A DNA stretch of 25,406 nucleotides from a virus. Lineage: Duplodnaviria > Caudoviricetes. Each line of letters starts with the position of its first letter. The first letter of the stretch is position 1. Made by a program: the position numbers and the translations under genes. The DNA lies in the IMG/VR virus record IMGVR_UViG_3300025676_000071, positions 1-25,406 of that record; one strand, given 5' to 3'. This document shows positions 17,859-24,509 of the stretch, in pieces. Below the pieces are notes generated by a model that searched no databases, was not told the origin of the DNA, and saw only the letters and a list, made by a program, of their open reading frames with translations.

Positions 17859-17887
17859 AATATCGCACCAAAACGCCCAAAAGTCAA
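17859..17887 (-). promoter_or_regulatory. sigma70-type promoter, class A
   Basis: TTGACT-N17-GATATT with extended TG. Confidence 0.7.
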
Positions 17888-17968
17888 GCCCATAGGCGAA
17901 AACAATTCTACTTTTGTTTTTGTCCTATTCTACTGCCCGTGGTTGCGTTGAACACACAAGGCGCAAGC

Positions 17969-18177
17969 GGTGCGTTTGTGTTCAGCTGGGATATGTGGTG
18001 CGCTTGTGTTCATCTGGTGCGTTTGTGCAAAACGCTTGCGTAAGTGCTTGACTATCAAGGACTTGGGCGGCGCCGGCAGGGCCCGAGGTGCAAGTCGTTG
18101 ATACTCAACAAGTTACGCCTTAAAGGGGGTGTGTTTAAGTTCGTCTGGTGCGTTTGTGTTTAAATGGTGCGTTTGCG
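17969..18177 (+). repeat. GGTGCGTTTGTGTT direct repeats
   Basis: Copies at 17969, 17997, 18016, 18147 and 18166 (degenerate at 18128). Confidence 0.85.
18042..18114. repeat. Paired-palindrome element 1
   Basis: AAGTGCTTGA-cta-TCAAGGACTT / 27-bp GC-rich linker / AAGTCGTTGA-tac-TCAACAAGTT; centres 18053 and 18103. Confidence 0.95.
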
Positions 18178-18179
18178 TA

Positions 18180-18211
18180 CAAAAAAACCCCCTGAGTCAT
18201 CAGGAGGTTTT
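18180..18211 (-). terminator. Intrinsic terminator
   Basis: Minus strand AAAACCTCCTGA-tgac-TCAGGGGGTTTTTTT. Confidence 0.75.
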
Positions 18212-18284
18212 GGTTGGAAAATGTTTTTTAGGTTATAGACTTATAAACTGCAATCGTTGCGACTAATATAATAATTTCCATTTT

Positions 18285-18638
18285 TCACCAGTTGCTTGGC
18301 ATTGTGCCGTGGTCAAGAAATTGTTCTGCCTCACGAACCGAGCAACGCATATCATCGCAAATGTCCGCGAGCTTTTCGTCTCGTGCTTCCAGAGCGGATT
18401 GACGATGGCGAGCGACCTTGCAAAATCTTGGGTCGCCTTGAGCAATTGCCATTTCCTTGAGCTGGGCAAACAAATCCCAAGAAACGAGATCTTGCTTGCA
18501 AAAGTTAAAAGCACATTGCTTGCGGGAAACGCCTTCGGTTTCCAAAATGCACCGAGCTTTTTTGTCGTTGCGTAGGCTTAAACTTGCTTTGATCAGTTTT
18601 TCTGATACTTTCGAGAATGTGATAAATAATAATTCCAT
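18285..18638 (-). CDS. Hypothetical protein, 117 aa
   Basis: ORF track; A-rich leader; followed by a terminator. Confidence 0.7.
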   Translation of the reverse strand: MELLFITFSKVSEKLIKASLSLRNDKKARCILETEGVSRKQCAFNFCKQDLVSWDLFAQLKEMAIAQGDPRFCKVARHRQSALEARDEKLADICDDMRCSVREAEQFLDHGTMPSNW

Positions 18639-18663
18639 AATGTTTTTTGTGTTCTTTCTGTTT

Positions 18664-18924
18664 TTACTTGGTTGTTTCAGTCTTTACAATACTGGCAAGC
18701 CTATCGTTGGCAAGGTGAAAAATGTTTTCTAAACGCTCGGCAACTTGCTCTGCAAAGAGTTTTGCGAATACGCCATCTGAAGCCATTTTTGAATTTGCGA
18801 GATTGTGCATCGGCTCAACAGCCTCGATGATGTCCCGAAGGGATTGGGCAGTTCTAAAAGTCTCCGAATCAGTTTTCCCGATCAGAGGCATGAGAGATGT
18901 TTTTTCTTTTCTAATTGTTATCAT
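18664..18924 (-). CDS. Hypothetical protein MITIRKEK..., 86 aa (leaderless)
   Basis: Start reassigned to ATG 18924, 6 nt below the -10. Confidence 0.75.
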   Translation of the reverse strand: MITIRKEKTSLMPLIGKTDSETFRTAQSLRDIIEAVEPMHNLANSKMASDGVFAKLFAEQVAERLENIFHLANDRLASIVKTETTK

Positions 18925-18930
18925 ACTATA

Positions 18931-18959
18931 AATATAGACCCGAAATGGCATAAAGTCAA
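18931..18959 (-). promoter_or_regulatory. sigma70-type promoter, class A
   Basis: TTGACT-N17-TATATT-N6-ATG. Confidence 0.85.
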
Positions 18960-19040
18960 GCGATTTGGCAAAAATAATTCAACTTTTGTTTGTGCACAAT
19001 TCTCCTGCGTTTGGTTGCATTAAACACAAATGGTGCAAGT

Positions 19041-19099
19041 GGTGCGTTTGTGTTCGTGTGGGGTATGTGGTGAGTTTGTGTTCAAGTGGTGAGTTTGTG
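19041..19099 (+). repeat. GGTG(C/A)GTTTGTG direct repeats
   Basis: Copies at 19041, 19069 and 19088; same spacing as 17969/17997/18016. Confidence 0.85.
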
Positions 19100-19113
19100 C
19101 AAAATGCTTACGC

Positions 19114-19186
19114 AAGTGCTTGACTATCAAGGACTTGGGCGGCGCCGGCAGCGCCCGTCCCCCAAGTAGTTGACTATCAACTACTT
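19114..19186. repeat. Paired-palindrome element 2
   Basis: AAGTGCTTGA-cta-TCAAGGACTT / 27 bp / perfect AAGTAGTTGA-cta-TCAACTACTT; centres 19125 and 19175. Confidence 0.95.
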
Positions 19187-19299
19187 ACGAAGCGAATCCA
19201 GTCCATTAGCACGATGCTCACGATGTATAAGCTGACCGAATACGCAACCGCATTGATGGGGTTGGCGTACTTCTCAAGATAGTATTGAAATGATTTCAT
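19177..19299 (-). CDS. Tiny hydrophobic peptide, 40 aa
   Basis: Hand-translated MKSFQYYLEKYANPINAVAYSVSLYIVSIVLMDWIRFVSS; TGA stop inside the palindrome. Confidence 0.55.
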   Translation of the reverse strand: MKSFQYYLEKYANPINAVAYSVSLYIVSIVLMDWIRFVSS

Positions 19300-19334
19300 T
19301 GTGTTTTTTGTGTTTTTGTGGTGAGATTATGTTT

Positions 19335-19505
19335 TTACCAAGCGTAAGAATGCTTGTGGTAAAGTCGTTTGTGGTCAATGCTGTAAACCGCACTTGCGAA
19401 ATAACAGGAATCCGCAAGGGCTTTCGCTGTTTCAAATTTCCAAAAGAATTTGCCTTCGCAAATAAACTTGGCTCGGCAAAGGTGTTTTAAGAAAAAGTGT
19501 TTCAT
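19335..19505 (-). CDS. Small hypothetical protein, 56 aa
   Basis: Hand-translated MKHFFLKHLCRAKFICEGKFFWKF...; 4 nt after the upstream stop. Confidence 0.55.
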   Translation of the reverse strand: MKHFFLKHLCRAKFICEGKFFWKFETAKALADSCYFASAVYSIDHKRLYHKHSYAW

Positions 19506-19509
19506 GGTC

Positions 19510-19686
19510 TTACCCTAAAGCAACTGCAAGAAACTTGGAGCGGTTAAACCCTGCGTTGAATTTCTCAAACTCATTCGCAAGGTCAACGGCGATTTGCTCA
19601 ATCTCTCGACTGGCGGATTCGTCAACTGCTGAGTTGAAGCGGTGAAAAAGTGCGTTGGCAATAGCGGTAAAATGTTTTCTTGTCAT
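19510..19686 (-). CDS. Small phage protein MTRKHF...FNRSKFL, 58 aa
   Basis: MTRKHF-x-x-IA...N-x-x-F-x-x-x-(R/K)FL pattern recalled from uncharacterised phage proteins; start at ATG 19686. Confidence 0.75.
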   Translation of the reverse strand: MTRKHFTAIANALFHRFNSAVDESASREIEQIAVDLANEFEKFNAGFNRSKFLAVALG

Positions 19687-19752
19687 AATGTTTTTTTTAG
19701 GTTGTGATGGTTTTGAATAAAAGTAAAATTGCAAATAAAATTATCGCTTCCA

Positions 19753-20049
19753 TTACTCGAAAATGCCTCGCATTTCTTCGCTTACTGCGTCCATGTCAAC
19801 GAGGTTTTCGTCTTGGTCAAAATCTTCCTCCTCTTTGTCGTTCTCGACTGCATCTAGGGAAACGAACTCTTGCTCGATTTCTTGCTTGGAAGCGTTTTGC
19901 ACGCCATGCTCGACAACGAGCTTTTCGGCGAGTGCCTCGCTTTTGAGGTTCTCGACCAGTCCCTTAAACTGGGAAGGAACGGCGTTGCCGTTGGCGTTAG
20001 CCAATGCGATTGCTTGGCGAATGTGGTTGAAGTCTTTCTCAATTATCAT
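19753..20049 (-). CDS. Acidic hypothetical protein, 98 aa (paralog of 21963-22190)
   Basis: ATG 6 nt below a class B promoter; shared C-terminus DFDxDENxxDMxxVSxxMRGxF. Confidence 0.8.
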   Translation of the reverse strand: MIIEKDFNHIRQAIALANANGNAVPSQFKGLVENLKSEALAEKLVVEHGVQNASKQEIEQEFVSLDAVENDKEEEDFDQDENLVDMDAVSEEMRGIFE

Positions 20050-20055
20050 AACTAC

Positions 20056-20083
20056 ATAATGACAGAATTTGACTAAACCGCAA
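20056..20083 (-). promoter_or_regulatory. Promoter, class B
   Basis: TTGCGG-N16-CATTAT with TGT before the -10, N6-ATG. Confidence 0.7.
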
Positions 20084-20116
20084 ACTAATTCGCATGGAGT
20101 AGCGCGTTTTGTTCAT

Positions 20117-20139
20117 AAGTGCCTGACTGTCAGAAAGAT
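20117..20139. repeat. Solitary degenerate palindrome box
   Basis: AAGTGCCTGA-ctg-TCAGAAAGAT. Confidence 0.55.
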
Positions 20140-20293
20140 AAAAATATTCTTTTTTCTGATCTTTTTTTCAAAACTTCGGAGCTTTTTGCATTCTCGACTT
20201 TTTTTGTGGCACAACTCTTTGACGCTCAATGGGTTACGCTAAAAAAATCCCTTCTAAAAACAGATTGGCACGCCATCTGTACGCCGCTTTTGT

Positions 20294-20366
20294 AACTTGT
20301 TGCCCGTCAAGGACTTGCGCCTCCGGCGCAGGGGCCGGTCCGCAAGTCGTTGATAACCAACGGCTT
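20294..20366. repeat. Paired-palindrome element 3
   Basis: AACTTGTTGC-ccg-TCAAGGACTT / 27 bp / AAGTCGTTGA-taa-CCAACGGCTT; centres 20305 and 20355. Confidence 0.95.
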
Positions 20367-20450
20367 AGGGAGGAGGTGGTGAGATTGTGTTTTTTTGGTG
20401 AGATTGTGCTTATTTGATGTTATTGGGTATTTCCATGTGCTGGGGCGCGC

Positions 20451-20473
20451 AAGTCATTGATATACAGTAACTT
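20451..20473. repeat. Solitary palindrome box
   Basis: AAGTCATTGA-tat-ACAGTAACTT. Confidence 0.7.
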
Positions 20474-20555
20474 AGAGAACTAAGTTAACTACAGCTATTA
20501 GCACACAAAAAATTACAAAAATTACAAAAAACATTATTTGCCCTATTAGATTACT

Positions 20556-20777
20556 TTATGCTTGTAATTCAAATACTCCTTGATCTGGTGATAGTCCAAG
20601 TTCCTCGGTTATCTCGATAAGCCTATTCTCATTTGCCATGACGCAATCCACGGAGACAATGCGATCATTGGGCTTAGTTCTATATAGTGGATTATGCTTA
20701 TTCATAAAGACGGGTCGCCCGTCCATAGTGGTAAGCACATAGGGATTTGATTTTTGCAACTCCTCTGTGATTTTCAT
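20556..20777 (-). CDS. Small hypothetical protein, 73 aa
   Basis: ORF track; 4 nt after the upstream stop. Confidence 0.7.
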   Translation of the reverse strand: MKITEELQKSNPYVLTTMDGRPVFMNKHNPLYRTKPNDRIVSVDCVMANENRLIEITEELGLSPDQGVFELQA

Positions 20778-20781
20778 TACT

Positions 20782-20934
20782 CTATTGTACCTTTATAAGT
20801 CGGAAACGACGAACTCCCGTAGCGTGAGCAAAGCGAGACTTTATAAGCCTATCTGCTTTGGGTAGCGGAAGCGGAAGGGATTCAGTCACCCAGACTGCTC
20901 CCGCTTTGTTGAGAATGCTTTGTAGTATATACAT
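20782..20934 (-). CDS. Small hypothetical protein MYILQS..., 50 aa
   Basis: Start reassigned to ATG 20934 after an A-rich leader, removing the overlap. Confidence 0.6.
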   Translation of the reverse strand: MYILQSILNKAGAVWVTESLPLPLPKADRLIKSRFAHATGVRRFRLIKVQ

Positions 20935-20951
20935 AGTTTGTGTTTTTTTGG

Positions 20952-21230
20952 TTAGCTTGAATGGTTCAAGGGTTTTTCGATTGCAGGAATTAAATTCCAT
21001 GCAGGGTGACCCTTTGGGACTTTAGCAGACTGGACACCGAAGTCCCGAAAGGTAATGTCTACCACATCCCAAACATCGGAGACTTGAGCCATCCATTGGT
21101 CTTTTGTTGGTGCATCGACTTGATAGGGTAAAGTCTGGTAAGTGCCGAGCTTGTCACCATTGGTGAGCGTCATGTCAATGCGAGCTTGACGGAAGTTAAT
21201 ATAGGGAATGTTCTTTTTAATCTTAATCAT
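20952..21230 (-). CDS. Hypothetical protein, 92 aa (leaderless)
   Basis: ATG 6 nt below the -10. Confidence 0.75.
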   Translation of the reverse strand: MIKIKKNIPYINFRQARIDMTLTNGDKLGTYQTLPYQVDAPTKDQWMAQVSDVWDVVDITFRDFGVQSAKVPKGHPAWNLIPAIEKPLNHSS

Positions 21231-21236
21231 GGTTTA

Positions 21237-21265
21237 ATTCTCTCAAATTTTGGATGAAATGTCAA
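21237..21265 (-). promoter_or_regulatory. sigma70-type promoter, class A
   Basis: TTGACA-N17-GAGAAT-N6-ATG. Confidence 0.8.
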
Positions 21266-21426
21266 CCCCTAATTACAATCCAATCGGACTGCATATCTGC
21301 CACGAAATCGTCAGCGTCTGCTTGAGACGGAGCAGAAATCGTAGCGAATTGTGGTTTGCCCGTCACACGATGGACTGCCACGACATTGAAGTTGAGAAGC
21401 GGAAGGAGTTCTATTGAATGTGTCAT
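21262..21426 (-). CDS. Small hypothetical protein MTHSIELL..., 54 aa (leaderless)
   Basis: Start reassigned to ATG 21426. Confidence 0.7.
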   Translation of the reverse strand: MTHSIELLPLLNFNVVAVHRVTGKPQFATISAPSQADADDFVADMQSDWIVIRG

Positions 21427-21432
21427 GTAATA

Positions 21433-21461
21433 AAGATACGCCCATTTGCCCACAAAGTCAA
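21433..21461 (-). promoter_or_regulatory. sigma70-type promoter, class A
   Basis: TTGACT-N17-TATCTT-N6-ATG. Confidence 0.8.
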
Positions 21462-21518
21462 GCCTACAGAGCAAAAAAATAAAAAAGATTTGGCACGCTA
21501 TCTGTACCCCGCATTTGT

Positions 21519-21591
21519 AACTTGTTGTCTGTCAAGGACTTGCGCCTCCGGCGCAGGGCCCGGCCCACAAGTCGTTGATAGATAACGACTT
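21519..21591. repeat. Paired-palindrome element 4
   Basis: AACTTGTTGT-ctg-TCAAGGACTT / 27 bp / AAGTCGTTGA-tag-ATAACGACTT; centres 21530 and 21580. Confidence 0.95.
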
Positions 21592-21603
21592 ACAGAGGTA
21601 AAA

Positions 21604-21687
21604 TCAGGATAAGGCAAACTGAATGTTCATTATAAGCTGGACGAATAGCAAAACCGCTATTGCATAAAGAATGTATTTATTTTTCAT
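21604..21687 (-). CDS. Tiny hydrophobic peptide, 27 aa
   Basis: Hand-translated MKNKYILYAIAVLLFVQLIMNIQFALS. Confidence 0.55.
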   Translation of the reverse strand: MKNKYILYAIAVLLFVQLIMNIQFALS

Positions 21688-21710
21688 TATTTGGTTATTT
21701 TGTGTTTTTT

Positions 21711-21911
21711 CTAAAGTTCCTCGGTTGACATGATGAATCCGTCAACATCAACATTTTGGATTTTTTCCTTTTTAGCTAGTTTTTTTGCGATTCTCATTGC
21801 CCTTGCTTTTCCCTTTACTTCGTCAATAACATCAAAGAAGCCCAAAGCGTCTGTGAAAACAATTTGAAACCATTGTGGAAAGTTTGCGTTTTTTGCGATT
21901 TTAATAATCAT
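21711..21911 (-). CDS. Small hypothetical protein, 66 aa
   Basis: ORF track; TATATT 7 nt upstream of the ATG. Confidence 0.75.
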   Translation of the reverse strand: MIIKIAKNANFPQWFQIVFTDALGFFDVIDEVKGKARAMRIAKKLAKKEKIQNVDVDGFIMSTEEL

Positions 21912-21962
21912 TTGTAATAATATAGTAAATTGCTAGAATTGAGAGGAATATAATAATCTCCA

Positions 21963-22190
21963 TTATGCAAACGCCCCACGCATTTGGGGCGAAACATTTT
22001 CCATGTCCGTTTCGTTTTCGTCATTATCGAAATCGACTTTTCCCTCATGGTCGAGAGCGTCAAGATGGTCTGCTTCATCACGAACATCTTCTTGCGTTGG
22101 CGGTAAAAGCTCTTCAATGAAAGCACCTTGTTGAGCAAGGACTGCTTGGTGAGCTTGGCGAATGAGTTCTATTCTTTCTGATTGTGTCAT
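21963..22190 (-). CDS. Acidic hypothetical protein, 75 aa (paralog of 19753-20049; leaderless)
   Basis: ATG 6 nt below the -10; shared C-terminal motif. Confidence 0.8.
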   Translation of the reverse strand: MTQSERIELIRQAHQAVLAQQGAFIEELLPPTQEDVRDEADHLDALDHEGKVDFDNDENETDMENVSPQMRGAFA

Positions 22191-22196
22191 AATATA

Positions 22197-22225
22197 AATC
22201 TAGTCGAGTTTAAGGAAAATGTCAA
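22197..22225 (-). promoter_or_regulatory. sigma70-type promoter, class A
   Basis: TTGACA-N17-TAGATT-N6-ATG; -10 to ATG identical to the 17646 promoter. Confidence 0.85.
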
Positions 22226-22250
22226 GTTTTATGTGAACCTTTTTCTCTCT

Positions 22251-22355
22251 CCCTTTCGGGTTGTAGGCGTGTGCTGACGCCTCGTTGTTCGATGCATTGG
22301 ATGGTCTTACGAATGCCTTATACGGACTTACATCTGCCATTCTTCGCAATGCATC
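22251..22355 (-). ncRNA. Candidate structured RNA downstream of the tRNA-like element
   Basis: GATGCATTG/CAATGCATC 9-bp stem, GGCGT-N6-ACGCC hairpin, CCC-GAAA-GGG GNRA hairpin. Confidence 0.45.
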
Positions 22356-22367
22356 TACAGAAAAAGC

Positions 22368-22490
22368 AGGGCTTAGAGGGAATTGAACCCCCATCTCTCG
22401 CTTATCTCCACAGTTGATCAAACCGCCCACTACTTTATCTAGAATTTCGTGGTGAAGGAGGGCGAGGCTTTACCATTAAGCTATAAGCCC
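22368..22490 (-). tRNA. tRNA-like RNA (123 nt) with an insert of about 50 nt in the anticodon arm; anticodon not assignable
   Basis: Acceptor GGGCTTA/TAAGCCC; D-arm TA-GCTT-AATGGTA-AAGC; anticodon stem CTCGC/GCGAG; T-arm GGGGG-TTCAATT-CCCTC; no encoded CCA. Confidence 0.75.
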
Positions 22491-22516
22491 ACAATAAATT
22501 TTAAAGAACAGACTCC

Positions 22517-22544
22517 ATTATGACACCTCCTGCCAGAAGTGCAA
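22517..22544 (-). promoter_or_regulatory. Promoter, class B, driving the tRNA-like RNA
   Basis: TTGCAC-N16-CATAAT with TGT before the -10; no ATG at +1. Confidence 0.75.
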
Positions 22545-22576
22545 GATAAAAAATGCCCATTTAGGAAAATAGTTAT

Positions 22577-22649
22577 AACTCGCTGGCTGTCAAGGACTTG
22601 CGCCTCCGGCGCAGGGCCCGGCCCACAAGTCGTTGATGTTTAAGGACTT
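22577..22649. repeat. Paired-palindrome element 5
   Basis: AACTCGCTGG-ctg-TCAAGGACTT / 27 bp / AAGTCGTTGA-tgt-TTAAGGACTT; centres 22588 and 22638. Confidence 0.95.
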
Positions 22650-22681
22650 ACAACGGAATTGGCGTGCCAAAATCAAGACAC

Positions 22682-22713
22682 AAAAAACCCCCACCTTTCC
22701 GAAGGGTGGGGGT
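22682..22713 (-). terminator. Intrinsic terminator
   Basis: ACCCCCACC...TTCG...GGTGGGGGT followed by a T-run on the minus strand. Confidence 0.85.
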
Positions 22714-22729
22714 CTATTTGAACTTCAAC

Positions 22730-22801
22730 CTAACCGCAAAATACTATTGAGTACATTATCACCCAAGGCAGAAGGATAAGTAAATCCCAATACTCACTCA
22801 C
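22730..22801 (-). CDS. Tiny hydrophobic peptide, 23 aa
   Basis: Hand-translated from GTG: MSEYWDLLILLPWVIMYSIVFCG; overlaps the upstream stop by 8 nt. Confidence 0.4.
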   Translation of the reverse strand: MSEYWDLLILLPWVIMYSIVFCG

Positions 22802-23048
22802 CTAATGCCCCTTCTATTACTGGACGAGCAACGAGATTACGAACGGCATAACCGCTCTTTCCGTATTGCTTGCCACGCACGACTGACTTAAAGGTACGAC
22901 TTGAAAAGTCATAATAAGCCGAGACGGCAGAACCTGCCTTGTTTATATAAGTGAACCAAAGCTTTTCGCCTACTCGCTCAACACCTTGAGGTTCGTACTT
23001 GGCAACTGCGAGTGCCTTGTCTGTTATGAATGAGAACATTGATTGCAT
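22794..23048 (-). CDS. Hypothetical protein, 84 aa
   Basis: ORF track; AGAGG RBS-like sequence upstream. Confidence 0.75.
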   Translation of the reverse strand: MQSMFSFITDKALAVAKYEPQGVERVGEKLWFTYINKAGSAVSAYYDFSSRTFKSVVRGKQYGKSGYAVRNLVARPVIEGALGE

Positions 23049-23069
23049 TGTTTTTTTCCTCTGTTTAGT

Positions 23070-23297
23070 TTATAGTTCAGTAAGTAATTCGTCAAGACGC
23101 TCAACATCAAGAGCGGAGTCATTATAGGCAACCCTATCGGGGGTTTCGGTATATCCGACTTCTCGCATGGCATCAACAAAAACTTGATAGCTTCCGCATT
23201 CTTTTGCGAACTCGTACATCCCTTCATCGTTGCCTATCCACAAGGCGACATTCCAAGTTGCGTGGTTTTTCCATCCGTTGTAAGTGGTATCAGTCAT
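23070..23297 (-). CDS. Small phage protein of the YNGW-x-N-x-x-TWNVALW type, 75 aa
   Basis: YNGWKNHATWNVALWIGNDEG...ETPD motif recalled from uncharacterised aquatic phage proteins. Confidence 0.8.
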   Translation of the reverse strand: MTDTTYNGWKNHATWNVALWIGNDEGMYEFAKECGSYQVFVDAMREVGYTETPDRVAYNDSALDVERLDELLTEL

Positions 23298-23451
23298 TGT
23301 TCTTGCCTATGGTATAAGGTGAGTGGTGGAGAAGTCGGTCAATCTTCTGTTCGAGAATCCTAACCGCTTGAACGCATTTCTCAAGAGTCATGGCAGGAGA
23401 GATTTTCGTGCCGTTCTTGAGAACGATATAGTTGTTTAATTGAGTATCCAT
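23290..23451 (-). CDS. Small hypothetical protein, 53 aa (leaderless)
   Basis: Hand-translated MDTQLNNYIVLKNGTKISPAMTLEKCVQAVRILEQKIDRLL...; ATG 6 nt below the -10. Confidence 0.65.
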   Translation of the reverse strand: MDTQLNNYIVLKNGTKISPAMTLEKCVQAVRILEQKIDRLLHHSPYTIGKNND

Positions 23452-23457
23452 TTTAGT

Positions 23458-23486
23458 ATTCTCCCAAATTATGCCTGATTTGTCAA
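23458..23486 (-). promoter_or_regulatory. sigma70-type promoter, class A
   Basis: TTGACA-N17-GAGAAT-N6-ATG. Confidence 0.8.
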
Positions 23487-23825
23487 CCCTAATTCGTTGT
23501 TTTTTTCATCTCTTCCAATATAGAGATTGGCAATGAATTGTGCCCGAAAGTCTCCTTGAAGGTTAGCCATAAGCTCGGTTAGTTGCTCCTCGGTTTGGTG
23601 TCCTAGAACATCATCGTATGTCGCGAGGGGAATCATGTTGTCATTATGGAAAACGGCAACTTCATAAGTGCCTTCCGAAACATTTCCATAGAGTCCGCTT
23701 CCCTCTCCTATGTTGGAGACGACGGAAATCTCCGTGTTGTTGCCCAAGTCGAGCTTGGCTTGAACGCCATTCGGGTGGTTGGCGTGTGAGTTGAAAACTA
23801 AGTCATTGAAGTTTTTGATTGTCAT
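23469..23825 (-). CDS. Hypothetical protein MTIKNFNDLVF..., 118 aa (leaderless)
   Basis: Start reassigned to ATG 23825; ISVV...YG...YEVAV...DDVLG pattern recalled from phage proteins. Confidence 0.8.
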   Translation of the reverse strand: MTIKNFNDLVFNSHANHPNGVQAKLDLGNNTEISVVSNIGEGSGLYGNVSEGTYEVAVFHNDNMIPLATYDDVLGHQTEEQLTELMANLQGDFRAQFIANLYIGRDEKNNELGLTNQA

Positions 23826-23831
23826 AACTAT

Positions 23832-23859
23832 ATAGTGACAGAATTTGAGCATAACGCAA
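23832..23859 (-). promoter_or_regulatory. Promoter, class B
   Basis: TTGCGT-N16-CACTAT with TGT before the -10, N6-ATG; near-copy of 20047-20083. Confidence 0.7.
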
Positions 23860-23890
23860 GCTTTTTCTTTGCTAATGCAAAAATAGTCCT

Positions 23891-23963
23891 AAATCGTTGA
23901 CTGTCAACGACTTGGGGGCCGGCGCCAGCGCCGGCTGTGCAACTCCTTGATTCTCAAGGACTT
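23891..23963. repeat. Paired-palindrome element 6
   Basis: AAATCGTTGA-ctg-TCAACGACTT / 27 bp / AACTCCTTGA-ttc-TCAAGGACTT; centres 23902 and 23952. Confidence 0.95.
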
Positions 23964-24078
23964 ACAAAACCTCTACCCACCAATAACCTTCTGACTCTGT
24001 GACGATGGTGTCCCAGCCATTTTGCCCTTTCTGATAAGCAAAAGTCCTGGCGGCGTGTTCGTATACAAACTTATACAT
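23962..24078 (-). CDS. Tiny protein, 38 aa
   Basis: Hand-translated MYKFVYEHAARTFAYQKGQNGWDTIVTESEGYWWVEVL; AGGAGG upstream, TAATG coupling, TAA overlaps the palindrome edge. Confidence 0.6.
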   Translation of the reverse strand: MYKFVYEHAARTFAYQKGQNGWDTIVTESEGYWWVEVL

Positions 24079-24506
24079 TATATGTTTCCTCCTAATCCAA
24101 GTCGTTCCTTCATGCTCGTTAAGTCATTAAGAATATCAAGCAAGATGTCCTCGGCAGATTCAAGAGAATACGGAGGCGTACCATACAAGATATTATTGCG
24201 AACTATTTGCTCGATCTCTCCTAGAATGTTAAGTTGCTCCTCACTCCTCTCATAGTCTCCGTCGGGATTGGAATATCTTTCCAAAAAAGAACTCCAGTCG
24301 TTTTGAGCTTTCATGTGACGCTCGGCATTCTCTAGATTGCGTTGCTCAAAGCGATGTTCCATGATTTCATCCATTGTAACCACAGGCTTTTCTTCGTCAA
24401 GTAGTGTTTTATTGAATCTTGCCTCTTCTAATTTTTCCTCAGCGAATTCCCTTTTCAACTCGGCGTATTCCCTGGCGTCTTGTTCGTTTTCTGCGTAACT
24501 GCTCAT
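24078..24506 (-). CDS. Acidic helical hypothetical protein, 142 aa
   Basis: ORF track; 3 nt after the upstream stop. Confidence 0.8.
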   Translation of the reverse strand: MSSYAENEQDAREYAELKREFAEEKLEEARFNKTLLDEEKPVVTMDEIMEHRFEQRNLENAERHMKAQNDWSSFLERYSNPDGDYERSEEQLNILGEIEQIVRNNILYGTPPYSLESAEDILLDILNDLTSMKERLGLGGNI

Positions 24507-24509
24507 AGT

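Noticed and set aside
17850-19157. Duplication as a diversity-generating retroelement TR/VR pair
   Set aside because: Non-coding, differences are not confined to adenines, and no reverse transcriptase is present
22200-22430. 76-aa minus-strand ORF
   Set aside because: Starts inside the tRNA-like element and runs through the structured RNA and the next promoter; better explained as ncRNA
22368-22490. tmRNA or group I intron-containing tRNA
   Set aside because: Has a full D-stem, the insert is only about 50 nt, and there is no tag ORF or group I core
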